DNA of 64,000 nt from a virus. Lineage: Duplodnaviria > Caudoviricetes. The stretch covers positions 25,636 through 89,635 of IMG/VR virus record IMGVR_UViG_2786546133_000001. One strand, 5' to 3'. Under the pieces are notes generated by a model. It saw only the letters and a program-made list of their open reading frames with translations, was not told the DNA's origin and ran no database searches. The position numbers and the translations under genes were made by a program. Positions 19,250 through 29,784 of this stretch are shown in pieces (position 1 is the stretch's first letter; each line of letters starts with the position of its first letter).

Positions 19250-20923
19250 ATGGCCGAGCCTTACGAGCTCCCCGAAGACATCACCAGCCTGAGCGCCGAG
19301 GACCTCGACGCCGAGATCACGCGAGCGACCGAGGTGTTCCAGGCCCGGCGCTCCGACCCGAGCCTGACCACCGCCGACCTTCCCGCCCTGCGCGAACTCG
19401 CGGCGGGCATTGAGGCCATGCGCGGCGAGCAGGCCGAGCGCGTCGAGCAGGCGCAGCAGGCACAGGCCGAACTCGACCAGCTCGCCGCGCAGGTGCTCGG
19501 CGAGGAGACGGCCGCCGAGGACGAGGGCGGCGAGGAGACGGCCGCCGAGGGCAGCGAGAACGCCGACGGCGGCGAGGGTGACGGCGGCGAGGGCGGGGAG
19601 GGCGGCGAAGTCGCCGCGGCAGCCACGCCGCGCCGTCCCGTGATCGCGCTGACCCAGGTCCGCGCCCGTCAGCCGCAGCAGGCGGTGCCGGTCGTGAAGG
19701 CCCCGTCGGTCGAGATCAAGGCGTCCGTCGACATGCCGGGGCTCGCGCCCGGCGAGGGCATCTCGATGGAGACCCTCACCGAGGGCATCATCCGCCGGGC
19801 CGGCGCGCTCGCGACGTCGGGCGGCGGCACTGGCATCGTCGCCTCGTACCGGCTGCCGTTCGACGACAAGAGCGGGCTCGTCGTCAACGACCCCGGCAAC
19901 GCCAACGAAGGACTGAACGCCGTCATCAAGGCGGCCGATCAGCGGCGCCTGCCGAAGGGTGACCTCGTCGCGAGCGGCGGATGGTGCGCGCCGTCCGAGA
20001 CCGTCTACGACATCACCGACATCGCGTGCCCCGACGGCCTGTGGGACCTGCCCGAGATCCAGCTCAGCCGCGGCGGCATCCGGTTCTTCCAGACCCCGAC
20101 GCTCGACGTCAACGCCATGACGTGGGTGTGGACCGAGGCGAACGACATCGCGGCCGGCTCGCCCGGCGGGCCGACGAAGCCCTGTTTCCGCATCCCCTGC
20201 CCGGACCCGATCGAGGTCCGCTGCGACGCGATCGGCGTCTGCCTTGAGGCGGGCATCCTGACGTCGCGCCACTTCCCGGAGCTGGTCAACTGGTACCAGC
20301 GGAACATCATGATCGCGCACGAGATGCGCATCCGCCGCGAGCTGTACGCCCGCGCCCGGACCGCGTCGACCGCCGTCACCGTGCCGGTCTCGTTCGCGTC
20401 GTTCTCCGCCGTCTACGGCGCCGTCGCCCTCCAGGCAACGGACATCATCGAGAAGCACAGCCTGTGTGAGCGCATCGGCCTCGAAGTCGTCTTCCCGTAC
20501 TGGGCCCGCGCGATGTTCCTCGCTGACATCGCCCGCCGCTCGGACACCGACGTCTGCGACCTCCCCGCGAACTGCATCGAGGACGCGTTCGCGACGCTCG
20601 GCGTCCGCGTGCAGTGGGCGAAGGGCCTGATCCCCGACGTCCCGACCAACATCGGCGGCACCAACCCGGCGACCACCTGGCCCGCCGACGTCGAGTTCCT
20701 GATCTACCCGACGGGCAACTTCCAGCTCGGGCGCGGCGCCGAGATCAACCTCGGCGTGATCCACGACTCGACCCGCCTCGCGACGAACGATTTCACGGCG
20801 CTCTTCGCCGAGGAATGCGTCGCGCTCGTCGACCGCGGTATCGAGTCGCGCGTCGTCACCGTGCCGGTCTGCGCCGACGGCTCGGTGGGCCCGCGGGCCA
20901 CGCCCGCATGCCCGATCGCCTGA
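19250..20923 (+). CDS. Major capsid protein with N-terminal scaffold-like domain
   Basis: Coiled-coil acidic N-terminus, LVASGGWCAPSETVYD motif, position. Confidence 0.85.
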   Translation: MAEPYELPEDITSLSAEDLDAEITRATEVFQARRSDPSLTTADLPALRELAAGIEAMRGEQAERVEQAQQAQAELDQLAAQVLGEETAAEDEGGEETAAEGSENADGGEGDGGEGGEGGEVAAAATPRRPVIALTQVRARQPQQAVPVVKAPSVEIKASVDMPGLAPGEGISMETLTEGIIRRAGALATSGGGTGIVASYRLPFDDKSGLVVNDPGNANEGLNAVIKAADQRRLPKGDLVASGGWCAPSETVYDITDIACPDGLWDLPEIQLSRGGIRFFQTPTLDVNAMTWVWTEANDIAAGSPGGPTKPCFRIPCPDPIEVRCDAIGVCLEAGILTSRHFPELVNWYQRNIMIAHEMRIRRELYARARTASTAVTVPVSFASFSAVYGAVALQATDIIEKHSLCERIGLEVVFPYWARAMFLADIARRSDTDVCDLPANCIEDAFATLGVRVQWAKGLIPDVPTNIGGTNPATTWPADVEFLIYPTGNFQLGRGAEINLGVIHDSTRLATNDFTALFAEECVALVDRGIESRVVTVPVCADGSVGPRATPACPIA

Positions 20924-20934
20924 CCCTTACGCCA

Positions 20935-20968
20935 CGCTGCCCCGGACCCTCTGCCGGCCGGGGCAGCG
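20935..20968 (+). terminator. Stem-loop after capsid gene
   Basis: CGCTGCCCCGG / CCGGGGCAGCG. Confidence 0.55.
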
Positions 20969-20989
20969 CGCGGATAGGAGGTGTGGCAG

Positions 20990-21823
20990 ATGCCTTCGGC
21001 GGGACTCCGGAAGTACGTTGACCCGATCCCCGGCGCGCCGTCGCCTCACGGGATCCTCGGCGGCTGCGTGGACGTCGTCGACGTCACCGACGAACACGAG
21101 CTGCTCGGAACCGAGTTCACTCCCCTGTCGTGCGCAACGGCGCATGACTGGTCGTGGTGCCCAGACGGCACGACCACGCCAGGCCCGGCCGAGAAGACGT
21201 TCGACCGGCCCGGCTCGTGCTCGTTCGAGCCGATCACGATCTACGCCGGTTCGACCTGCTCGACCCTCGGCCAGTCCTACGACGAGGCCGTGACGCACGC
21301 CCGCGAGTCGCTCCGCATGGGCGAACAGCGAGCGATTGAAGAGTGGTTCATGCGCGAGGTCCTGTGCGGCACGGCCGAGGACCTCACCCCGGCGGCGGGC
21401 GCCGTCAACATCACGCAAGGCGTCGCCACGCTCGAAGGCTGGCTCGCCGAGACGTACGGCGGGCAGGGCGTCCTTCACGCCCCGGCCGGTATCGCGGCGC
21501 TGCTCGGCTGCTGCAACGCCGTACAGCTCGACAACGGCAACCCGCGCACGCTCATGGGGAACTGCGCCGTCCTCGGCGCCGGCTACTCCCTGAACGTTGG
21601 GCCGACGACGTGCACGCAGGCCCCGGCCGGTGAGGCATGGCTGTACATCACGCCGCCGATCCGGATCCGCCGCGAGGCGGTCTTCGTCGTGCCGGAAGAC
21701 GAGGCCGAGAGCGTGCGGATCACCACGAACGACCGGTTCGTCCTCGCCGAGCGGACGTTCGTCGTCGAGATCGCCTGCTGCCAGGCGGCGGCTATCAGGG
21801 TGGGGATGTGCGCATGCAGCTAG
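20990..21823 (+). CDS. Capsid-associated Cys-rich virion protein
   Basis: AGGAG RBS; directly after capsid; about 14 Cys. Confidence 0.7.
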   Translation: MPSAGLRKYVDPIPGAPSPHGILGGCVDVVDVTDEHELLGTEFTPLSCATAHDWSWCPDGTTTPGPAEKTFDRPGSCSFEPITIYAGSTCSTLGQSYDEAVTHARESLRMGEQRAIEEWFMREVLCGTAEDLTPAAGAVNITQGVATLEGWLAETYGGQGVLHAPAGIAALLGCCNAVQLDNGNPRTLMGNCAVLGAGYSLNVGPTTCTQAPAGEAWLYITPPIRIRREAVFVVPEDEAESVRITTNDRFVLAERTFVVEIACCQAAAIRVGMCACS

Positions 21824-22383
21824 ACACGATCCGCGTGCAGCCGGCCCCCAGGGTGCGCGTCGACTTCGCCCGGTGGGCGATCGCGCAGACCCCGCCGGTC
21901 CGTACGTGCTCACACGACGCGTTCGCTGTCCCGGCGGACCTGTTCACACACATGCCGGAAGACCTGCTCGTCGGCTCGCTCGTCGACGGCCACCGTTACC
22001 GCTCCCCACTCGAGGACGCGCTCGCCGCGTCCGTCGAGCGCGAGAGCGTGCCGGGCGAGCCGCTGCCACCCGTGCCCGACTCGGCGTACCCGCCCGGTGC
22101 GACGCCGCTCGCCGAACCGACCGGCGACGGCGACGGCCAGGCGCCGACGCCCGAAGAGGTCGCCGTCGCGGGCGGCGACGAGCAGACGGCGGCCGCGCCC
22201 GACGGCGGCGACGAGCAGGCGACCGCCGCTGCTGCTGACGGAGGGGACAGCAGCGCGACGGCAGACGGCGACGAGCCGTTCGGCGCCGGTCCCTGGTCCT
22301 GCGACGTCTGCCCGCGCGAGTTCGACACCCGTCGCGGCAGGGACACCCACCGTCGGCAGGCGCACACGGAGGAGGCCCGCTGA
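21814..22383 (+). CDS. Hypothetical protein with C-terminal C2H2 zinc finger
   Basis: WSCDVCPREFDTRRGRDTHRRQAH. Confidence 0.7.
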   Translation: MQLDTIRVQPAPRVRVDFARWAIAQTPPVRTCSHDAFAVPADLFTHMPEDLLVGSLVDGHRYRSPLEDALAASVERESVPGEPLPPVPDSAYPPGATPLAEPTGDGDGQAPTPEEVAVAGGDEQTAAAPDGGDEQATAAAADGGDSSATADGDEPFGAGPWSCDVCPREFDTRRGRDTHRRQAHTEEAR

Positions 22384-24740
22384 TGGCACTCGTCCCTACT
22401 CCCTGTTCCTGCGGCGGCGGAGGCGGCGGCACCGTCGAGACGTGCTGCTCGCCGTCCATCACCGCTCAGCCCCTGTGCTGCGACGACGGCCGCACGATCC
22501 TGGTCGTGCTGCGCTCGCCGTGCGCCGACTGCGGCGGTACGGCGTTCCCGCCCGAGACGGCCGGCTGGGTCGACCCGACCACCGGCGTCTTCACGCCCGG
22601 CCCGGCCCCCGCCGGCTGCGGCTCCTGCTCGACGGCGTGCGCCGACACGGTGTGCGTCCAGCGCTGCGACGACACGAACGGCGACGGCCTCGCCGACACC
22701 ACGTACAGCGAGCTGTGGTGCGTCCGCGACGACGGCACTACCGCGCTGCTGCTCACCTACCAGGACGACCCGTCAACGCCGTACACGCCGGTCGCGCCCG
22801 TCGACTGCGAACTCGGCAGCATGACGTGTCACACACAACTGCTGTGCGACGACTCGGGCGCGTTCCTGCGCCGGTTCACGTTCATCTCGGACGGGACCGC
22901 GGCCTTCGTCGACGTCGCGCTCGACGGCGAGACACCACACGTCGTGATCGGCACCGTCCGCGACTGCGCGCAGACTTCCGACTGCGACCAGCCGCGCGAG
23001 CCGGCCGCCACGGTCGGGCTGTGCCTCGCCGACGGGACGCCGATCGCCGTCGTCGTCACCCGCGACTGCCAGGGCGTCACTCGCGAAGAGGGCTGGATCA
23101 ACCTCACGACCGGCGCCTACTCGACCGGGCAGCCCCCGGCCGGGGTCATGGCGTGCGGCGAGTCCCGCAGCGTCTCGACGACCGGCACGTTCTGCGACGT
23201 CGACGCGAACGGGAACGTCGTCGGCCTGGTCCTGATCGAGTACACCTACGCGGCAGACGGCAGCGTGTCGAGCGTCCGCCTCGTCGACGCCACCACCGGC
23301 CAGACCTACACCGCACAGGGCACCATCACCACCTGCCCCGCCGGCGTCGACCAGCCGGAACAAGACCTCGTCGTCCTCTGCGACATCGCAGCCGACGGCA
23401 GCGTGACCCGGTTCGTCCGCGACTACCGGCGCGACGAGAACGGGCAGATCGTCGGCCACACGGACTACACGCTCGCCGGGGCCAACTACCAGCCGACCGG
23501 CACCGTCGACGTCTGCGAAGGCGAGCCCACTCAGCCGTGCCGCAACACGAGCACGCTCCTCGTCTGCGACGTGCCGACCGACGGCGCACCGACCCCGACC
23601 GTCACCGACACCAACCCGACGCCGTACTACCCGTACCCCACAGGCTCCCCCGTCGCCGGCGCGCAAGCCCTGTGGGACGGCGGCACGCTCAACCTGCCGG
23701 CCGGTACGAGTCCGCAACCGGGCACCGTCGGCCGCGTCAACAGCATCGCCGCCACCATCCAAGCACCGCGCCCGGCCTGCGACACCGGCACCGCGCACGT
23801 CACCGTCTCCGTCAACGTCCTCCAGCAGGGCCCCGACAACGGATGCGCCCAGACCGGACACCTGCGCCTGTTCAACGGGACGACACAGGCCGCCCTCACC
23901 CTGCTCCCGGTCAACACCCCGGCCGGCTGGTTCGGCACGCTCACCGTCGAGGCCGACATCCCGGCCGCCGACCTCGCCGCGGGCAACGTCGCCGTCGCGC
24001 TCGCCCTGGACGCCTACGACGACAACCCCGTTGCATGCTCGCCGAGCCCGCGCCGTACCGGCTGGCAACTGTCCGCCTTCACCGCGACGACGGCATACGA
24101 CCAGACCGGTTGCGACCCGCAGTTCCTGCGCACGGTCACCGTCGACTGTGAAACCGGCGCCGTCGTCGCGGTCACGGACACCACCCTCGACGGGCAGCCG
24201 TACACGGTCACCGGCGAACCCGGCCAGTGCCAGGCCGGCGGCGGGGAGTGCTGCCCCGAACCGCCGTGTCCGGCACGGAACATCGTGCAGGCGGAGAAGT
24301 GCGACGACACGGACGGCGACGGCATCGCCGACGCCTGGTACGTCGAACTCCTCGGCGTCGACTGCACGGGCACGCCTACCTCGCTCGGCACGTACACCTG
24401 CGACCTGTCGGCGCCGTACACGCCGGTCGCGCCGGTCGACTGCGACGCGCCGGACCCGGTCGTCGAGCGCCCCGCAGGCGTTCAGGCGCACCGCGTCCAG
24501 CTCACCGCGGGCGGGACGTGGAACGCCGCCCAGTACGGCACGCTGCGCGCCGTCCAGGCGACCGCCCACGGCGGCACCGGCACCGTCAAGACCGCTGACG
24601 GCACGAGCACGCTCTTCGACGGCGAGACCGCCCAGTGGTCCATCACCAGGGACATGGACGTGCGGCTCATCGGGCCACTGACGATCACCGCGACGACGGG
24701 TGCTGTCGTCGTCAACTGGACTGAGGGAGTAGACCTGTGA
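22383..24740 (+). CDS. Modular Cys-rich repeat virion protein (fibre/decoration) 1
   Basis: About 50-aa LCD..FLR..LDG..Y.P...C repeats, DDT(N/D)GDG motifs, one inserted beta-rich domain. Confidence 0.75.
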   Translation: MALVPTPCSCGGGGGGTVETCCSPSITAQPLCCDDGRTILVVLRSPCADCGGTAFPPETAGWVDPTTGVFTPGPAPAGCGSCSTACADTVCVQRCDDTNGDGLADTTYSELWCVRDDGTTALLLTYQDDPSTPYTPVAPVDCELGSMTCHTQLLCDDSGAFLRRFTFISDGTAAFVDVALDGETPHVVIGTVRDCAQTSDCDQPREPAATVGLCLADGTPIAVVVTRDCQGVTREEGWINLTTGAYSTGQPPAGVMACGESRSVSTTGTFCDVDANGNVVGLVLIEYTYAADGSVSSVRLVDATTGQTYTAQGTITTCPAGVDQPEQDLVVLCDIAADGSVTRFVRDYRRDENGQIVGHTDYTLAGANYQPTGTVDVCEGEPTQPCRNTSTLLVCDVPTDGAPTPTVTDTNPTPYYPYPTGSPVAGAQALWDGGTLNLPAGTSPQPGTVGRVNSIAATIQAPRPACDTGTAHVTVSVNVLQQGPDNGCAQTGHLRLFNGTTQAALTLLPVNTPAGWFGTLTVEADIPAADLAAGNVAVALALDAYDDNPVACSPSPRRTGWQLSAFTATTAYDQTGCDPQFLRTVTVDCETGAVVAVTDTTLDGQPYTVTGEPGQCQAGGGECCPEPPCPARNIVQAEKCDDTDGDGIADAWYVELLGVDCTGTPTSLGTYTCDLSAPYTPVAPVDCDAPDPVVERPAGVQAHRVQLTAGGTWNAAQYGTLRAVQATAHGGTGTVKTADGTSTLFDGETAQWSITRDMDVRLIGPLTITATTGAVVVNWTEGVDL

Positions 24741-26064
24741 GCGGTTGCGGCTGCGGCCAGACCCCCATCATCATGAGCGCCACCCCGGCCGCCGCACGGG
24801 TCGACGTGGAAACGCTGCTGCTGTGCGATGTCCTCCCGGACGGCACCGTTGCCGGCCTCGCCCTCGTCGAGCCCGTCTACGACACGAGCAGCGGCGCCCG
24901 GGTCGGGACACGGATCGTCGACCCGACGACCGGCACCGCGTACACGCCGACCGGCACGCTCGGCGTCTGCGGTCCTCAGAGCGACCAGTGCGCCCGGCAG
25001 ATCAGCACCCGCACCCGATGCGACGACACCGACGCGGACGGCACCGGTGACGTCACCTATGTCGAGGTGTGGGCGCTCGACCCCTGCGACGGCGGCACCC
25101 CGCAGCTCCTCGGTACGTACCGAGACGGGGACTTCGCGCAGCCGTACACGCCGACGGCCCCCGTCGACTGCCCGGACGCGACCGCGGACACCCCGGTCGT
25201 CCTCGGCACCGTCTGCTACGACGTCGGCGGCGGAGCGACGCGCACTGCGGCAGTCCTGAAGTGCGCGGCCTGCGGCGACCCGGCGGTGACGTACCTCGAC
25301 GTCGAGACCGGCGCGACGCTCACCGCGCCCGCCATCGTCCCGTGCCCCGCCGCGGCGGACCGCTCGACGCAACTCCTGTGCGACGTCCAGGCGGACGGCA
25401 GCAGCGTGCCGTTCCTGCGGACGTTCACCAGCGACGGCACGACCACCACCACGGCGGACACCCTCCTCGACGGCGTCACCGCCTACGCGCCGACCGGCAC
25501 CGTCGGCGCGTGCCTGCCCGTCAACGACTGCGCGTCGCCGACCACGCCGACGGCCACGGTCGGCCTGTGCCTCGCGGACGGGACACCGATCGCCGTCACC
25601 GTCGTACGGGACTGCACCGGCACCGTCACCTCCGAGGGATGGATCAACCTCACGACCGGCGCGTTCTCTGTGGGCGCCCCGCCGGCCGGGACGGTCGCAT
25701 GCGGCGAGAGCCGCAGCGTCCAGGTATCGGGGACCTTCTGCGACGTCGACGCGAACGGCGACGTCCTCGGCCTGGTCCTGATCGAGTACAGCTACGCCGA
25801 CGACGGCACGATCGCCTCCGTGCGCCTGGTCGACGCGACGACCGGCACCACCTACACCCCCACCGGCACCATCACCGTCTGCCCGACCGGGACCGAGCAG
25901 CCCGAACAGGACGTCGTGCAGCTGTGCGACACCGCGACCGACGGCACCGTGACTCCCTTCGTCCGCGACTACCGGCGCGACGAGACCGGCGCCATCGTCG
26001 GGCACAGCGACTACACCCTTGACGGGGCCGCCTACACGCCGACGGGCACCGTGGGCGTGTGCGA
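23007..26064 (+). repeat. About 0.5-kb imperfect direct repeat (23007-23519 vs 25553-26064)
   Basis: ATVGLCLADGTPIAV...GTFCDVDANG...FVRDYRRDE...GTV.VC conserved at DNA and protein level. Confidence 0.85.
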
Positions 26065-28231
26065 GCCGAAGACGTGCAGCGACTGCGAGACCCTCGTCCT
26101 GTGCGACGACGGCGCCGACATCCCGGCCACCATCACCGGGGCCGCGGCCTCCGGAAGCCTGTCGAACGGCGTGACCTGGACGGCGACGAACACCGCCGGG
26201 ACTCAGGCGATGCCGCCCGCCTACAACAACAGCGACGGCTCATGGTGGGGCCTGCACGTCTTCCCCAACCCCACCGTGGCGCCCACGAAGTGGACGTTCA
26301 ACAAGCCGTCTGTCGTCGAGTTCTCCGTCTACCTCCACCACAACGCCAATCCGGCGCTCAACACCGCGCAGCTCCCCGCCGGGCTGGAAGTCGTCGAGCT
26401 GCCCATCGGGTACTCCTACGACGCGGCAACCGGTGTGCTCACGCGCACGTCGGACACCACCCCGCCCGAGCCCTGCTCGTACGTGAGCAACCCGCAGGTG
26501 GAGACGAGCGCCCGGTTCCGTACCGCGGGCGCGGTCACCACGTTCACGACCGCGCCGCCGCCCAACAGCCGCATTGCCCTGTGCGGGACGTTCTTCGACT
26601 ACTGGGCGGGCGCCATCACGGTGACCCCCAGCGGGCAGTTCCTTCGCACGATCTGCCGCGACTGCGGCGGCGCGGTCACCAGCACCAAGGACACCGCGCT
26701 GGACGGCACCACGCCGTACACGCCGCTGGGCGCGGTCACCCAGTGCTCGCCCCCGGTCCAGGAGCCCGAGCAGCGCTACGACGTGGAGCCGCTCGTCCTG
26801 TGCGACACCGCGGCGGACGGCACCGTGCATCAATTCCTGCGGCACTACGTGTACGACGACCTGACCGGCGCGCAGAGCACCTACCGAGACACCGCCCTGG
26901 ACGGCGTCACCCCGTACACGGTGAGCAGCGGCGGGACGGTCGGCACGTGCGGTGACTGCTGCCAGCCGGCCCAGGTGTGCATCCAGCAGAACCCGCAGCA
27001 GCGCATCGAGTTCATCAGCAACGACGGACAGGTCTACAACGGCACCGTTGACCCGGTGTGGAAGTGGACTCCGAACACCAACGGGCTGCCCCTGAACGAC
27101 CCGAACTTCGGCCCCGCGGCCAATGCGAGTTGGTACGACATGTACCGGCCGACCGCGTACCCGTCGACCCGGTGGACCATCACCGACACCGACACGAACC
27201 GGCCTGCCGGATGGATCACGCCTCACCCGGACTCGGGTGTCGCCCAGTCGTCCCCGCCGCTCCCCGGTGAGGGCCCGGCCGTCGCGACCAACACCGACTG
27301 GATCGGCCGGGCACAGTTCGCCCTGCCGGCGGGCGCTGATCCGGCTTCCATTCAGGTTCAGGTCACGGTCCTCAACGCCGACCAATACACCACCGGGTTC
27401 CGGCTGAACAACGGCCCGTGGCAGGCGATCCCCGATGGCGGATTCAACCCGACGGACCCGCCGAACAACGGCCACGGCGTCGCGTACACCTTCGGACCGG
27501 GCCAGATCCCCGGCGCGCAGCCAGGCGTGAACACGCTCTACATGCGGGTGCACGAGACAGTAGGCGGCGCGGCCGGTGTCATCGCGCACATGATCGTGAC
27601 GTACACCATCCTCCGTCCCGAGACGCGTTCCTGGACGCGGATGGTCTGCTGCGACGACTCGGTGTACTACCTGGACGAGGACGGGGTGCGGCAGGACGCC
27701 GTCCCGGACGGCTGGAACGTGGCGCCCTGCACCGGCGAGGCCGGCAGCAGCTCGACCGCTTGCGCCAAGCAGGTGGTAGAGCGGTGCGGCTGCGACGACA
27801 CCGACGGCGACGGCATCGGCGACGTCCAGTACACCGAATTCTGGGCCGTCGACCCGTGCGACGGCGCCGCCCCGACCCTGCTGGGTACCTACCTCGACGG
27901 GGACCTCACCCAGCCGTACACGCCGGTCGCGCCCGTGGAGTGCACCGCCGCGGAGGCGCTTCCGGGACCTGTGCTGACCGGTGTCCGCAACGTCACGGGG
28001 AACGCCAACCAGCAACTGGCCGCCGAGTTCCCCGGCTTGCAGAGCGTCACCCTGACGGTTCTGGCGGGATTCGTCGCCGTGACGATGTCCAGCGGCGCGA
28101 ACGTGACGATCCCGGCCGGCGTGACGATGACGTGGTCCGTCGCCAAGGACGACGACACCACGCTTGATCACGCGACGTTCGTCGGCACGACGGCCGCCGC
28201 GAACTACCTGCTGCACTGGACTTACCGCTAA
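24737..28231 (+). CDS. Modular Cys-rich repeat virion protein (fibre/decoration) 2
   Basis: Same repeat modules as previous gene plus two inserted unique domains. Confidence 0.75.
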   Translation: MSGCGCGQTPIIMSATPAAARVDVETLLLCDVLPDGTVAGLALVEPVYDTSSGARVGTRIVDPTTGTAYTPTGTLGVCGPQSDQCARQISTRTRCDDTDADGTGDVTYVEVWALDPCDGGTPQLLGTYRDGDFAQPYTPTAPVDCPDATADTPVVLGTVCYDVGGGATRTAAVLKCAACGDPAVTYLDVETGATLTAPAIVPCPAAADRSTQLLCDVQADGSSVPFLRTFTSDGTTTTTADTLLDGVTAYAPTGTVGACLPVNDCASPTTPTATVGLCLADGTPIAVTVVRDCTGTVTSEGWINLTTGAFSVGAPPAGTVACGESRSVQVSGTFCDVDANGDVLGLVLIEYSYADDGTIASVRLVDATTGTTYTPTGTITVCPTGTEQPEQDVVQLCDTATDGTVTPFVRDYRRDETGAIVGHSDYTLDGAAYTPTGTVGVCEPKTCSDCETLVLCDDGADIPATITGAAASGSLSNGVTWTATNTAGTQAMPPAYNNSDGSWWGLHVFPNPTVAPTKWTFNKPSVVEFSVYLHHNANPALNTAQLPAGLEVVELPIGYSYDAATGVLTRTSDTTPPEPCSYVSNPQVETSARFRTAGAVTTFTTAPPPNSRIALCGTFFDYWAGAITVTPSGQFLRTICRDCGGAVTSTKDTALDGTTPYTPLGAVTQCSPPVQEPEQRYDVEPLVLCDTAADGTVHQFLRHYVYDDLTGAQSTYRDTALDGVTPYTVSSGGTVGTCGDCCQPAQVCIQQNPQQRIEFISNDGQVYNGTVDPVWKWTPNTNGLPLNDPNFGPAANASWYDMYRPTAYPSTRWTITDTDTNRPAGWITPHPDSGVAQSSPPLPGEGPAVATNTDWIGRAQFALPAGADPASIQVQVTVLNADQYTTGFRLNNGPWQAIPDGGFNPTDPPNNGHGVAYTFGPGQIPGAQPGVNTLYMRVHETVGGAAGVIAHMIVTYTILRPETRSWTRMVCCDDSVYYLDEDGVRQDAVPDGWNVAPCTGEAGSSSTACAKQVVERCGCDDTDGDGIGDVQYTEFWAVDPCDGAAPTLLGTYLDGDLTQPYTPVAPVECTAAEALPGPVLTGVRNVTGNANQQLAAEFPGLQSVTLTVLAGFVAVTMSSGANVTIPAGVTMTWSVAKDDDTTLDHATFVGTTAAANYLLHWTYR

Positions 28232-28244
28232 GGAGACGCGCGCC

Positions 28245-28451
28245 ATGAGCGACGAGACCAACCAGGGCGCGGAGCCGGTCCGGAACCCGCGCTACTTCTC
28301 GAAGGACGGCGGGGTGCAGGTCGTCTACAACCTGCGCGACGCGTCCCCGTACGCCGAGCTTGGCTATCAGGAGGTCGACGAGGCCGCCTACCTGGCGAGC
28401 CTGCCCGACCCCACCGCCGAGCCGCTCCCGGACCCTGCGGGCGGTGAGTGA
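28245..28451 (+). CDS. Small fibre-chaperone-like protein
   Basis: AAGGAG RBS; RYF..DG...EVDEAAY resembles 44554 and 45665 ORFs. Confidence 0.6.
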   Translation: MSDETNQGAEPVRNPRYFSKDGGVQVVYNLRDASPYAELGYQEVDEAAYLASLPDPTAEPLPDPAGGE

Positions 28452-29095
28452 TGGCAGGGAGCTGCTGCGGTAGCGTCCGCGTCCTGCCGCGCCTGGACCC
28501 GGCCGCCTGCAACGCGTTGGAGCAGTCGGCGGCCGGCCTGCTCGTGCCCCGCACCGAAGTGGCGGGCATCGCCCCTGGAACTGCCGTGAGCACGCTGCGG
28601 TCCGTTGACGTTGACGTGGCTGCTCCCGCCGCAGGGGCCTGCCCGGAGACGTGGACGGTCGGTGCCCGCCTCACGCCAGTGTCCGGGCAGACATCCGGAT
28701 CTGTCGGCCTCGGTACTGCCGCCTTCGATACGTGGATCCCTGTCACCGGGGCTCAGTTGACCCTGCCGGAGGCAGGCGTCTACGAGGTGATCGCTGACGT
28801 CCAGGGCGGCGTGGTCATGAACGGCAGCGTCACCAACGCGTGGCTCCAAGCCCGGCTGTTCGACGTCACCGCGGGCGCCGTAGTCCCGCTCACCACGCGG
28901 ACCATCACGCTCTTCGCCGATACGCCCTCCGCGTCAGTGCACACCATCCACGGCAACGCCTCAGCAGCGGCGCTGTACCAGGTGGCTGGGCCGAGAACGA
29001 TTCGAGTCGAGGCCCTGAAGCACGTCGACGCGGGCACCACGAGCGGACAAGCCGTCTGGGCGCTGAACTTCCGGTACAAGAAGGTGAGCGACTGA
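28451..29095 (+). CDS. Virion protein with C1q/TNF-like beta domain (paralog A)
   Basis: LTLPEAGVYEV; N-terminal about 75 aa shared with next gene. Confidence 0.65.
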   Translation: MAGSCCGSVRVLPRLDPAACNALEQSAAGLLVPRTEVAGIAPGTAVSTLRSVDVDVAAPAAGACPETWTVGARLTPVSGQTSGSVGLGTAAFDTWIPVTGAQLTLPEAGVYEVIADVQGGVVMNGSVTNAWLQARLFDVTAGAVVPLTTRTITLFADTPSASVHTIHGNASAAALYQVAGPRTIRVEALKHVDAGTTSGQAVWALNFRYKKVSD

Positions 29096-29784
29096 TGGCG
29101 GGATCTTGCGGCCGTACGTACCGCATCGACCCGAAGCTGGACCCGGCGGCGTGCAACGCCTTGACGCAGACGGCGAGCGGCCTGCTCGTGCCGGGTACGG
29201 AGGTGGTGGGCATCGCCCCCGGAACGGCGGTCGGCACCGCGCGGTCCGTGGACGTGGACGTGACGCCACCGGCCGCCGGGGCGTGCCCGGAGACGTGGAC
29301 GGTTGGGGCACGACTCACCCCGCTATTCGGGACCCTCAACGCGGGCACGGCGGACCTGCGGACGTCGGCTCTGGGGCAGCAAGTGCCCCTGCCGAACAGC
29401 CAGGTGGTGTTGCCCGAGCCGGGCGTCTACCGGCTCACGGCCCACGTGTTCGGGCTGGCCACGTGGAACTTCAACGGCAGGCACATCGCCGCCATCAATG
29501 CCCTGTGGGTCAACACCGCCACGAACCAGTTCGTGCCTGGCAGCCCGAGGGCGGTGCTTCTCCACGACGAGCCCGGCACGGTCAACCCGGCGACAGGCCT
29601 CAAGTCCATCGGCGGGAACGCCGTATGTGAGGGCATCGTCACGATCACGGCTCCCACGACGTACGAGATCCGGGGACTGCGGGCCACCGGCGACGGTGGG
29701 ACGCAGGCCAACGCCAACCTCCAGCACTACCTGAGCAGCGGCACCAACCAGCAGGGCATCCTCTGGCAGAAGGTGAGCGACTGA
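29095..29784 (+). CDS. Virion protein with C1q/TNF-like beta domain (paralog B)
   Basis: MAGSCG..LDPAACNAL...CPETWTVGARLTP; VLPEPGVYRL; ends KVSD. Confidence 0.65.
   Translation: MAGSCGRTYRIDPKLDPAACNALTQTASGLLVPGTEVVGIAPGTAVGTARSVDVDVTPPAAGACPETWTVGARLTPLFGTLNAGTADLRTSALGQQVPLPNSQVVLPEPGVYRLTAHVFGLATWNFNGRHIAAINALWVNTATNQFVPGSPRAVLLHDEPGTVNPATGLKSIGGNAVCEGIVTITAPTTYEIRGLRATGDGGTQANANLQHYLSSGTNQQGILWQKVSD

Noticed and set aside
23007-26064. Duplicated block as a diversity-generating retroelement TR/VR
   Set aside because: Both copies are in-frame coding, differences are not adenine-specific, and no reverse transcriptase is in the window
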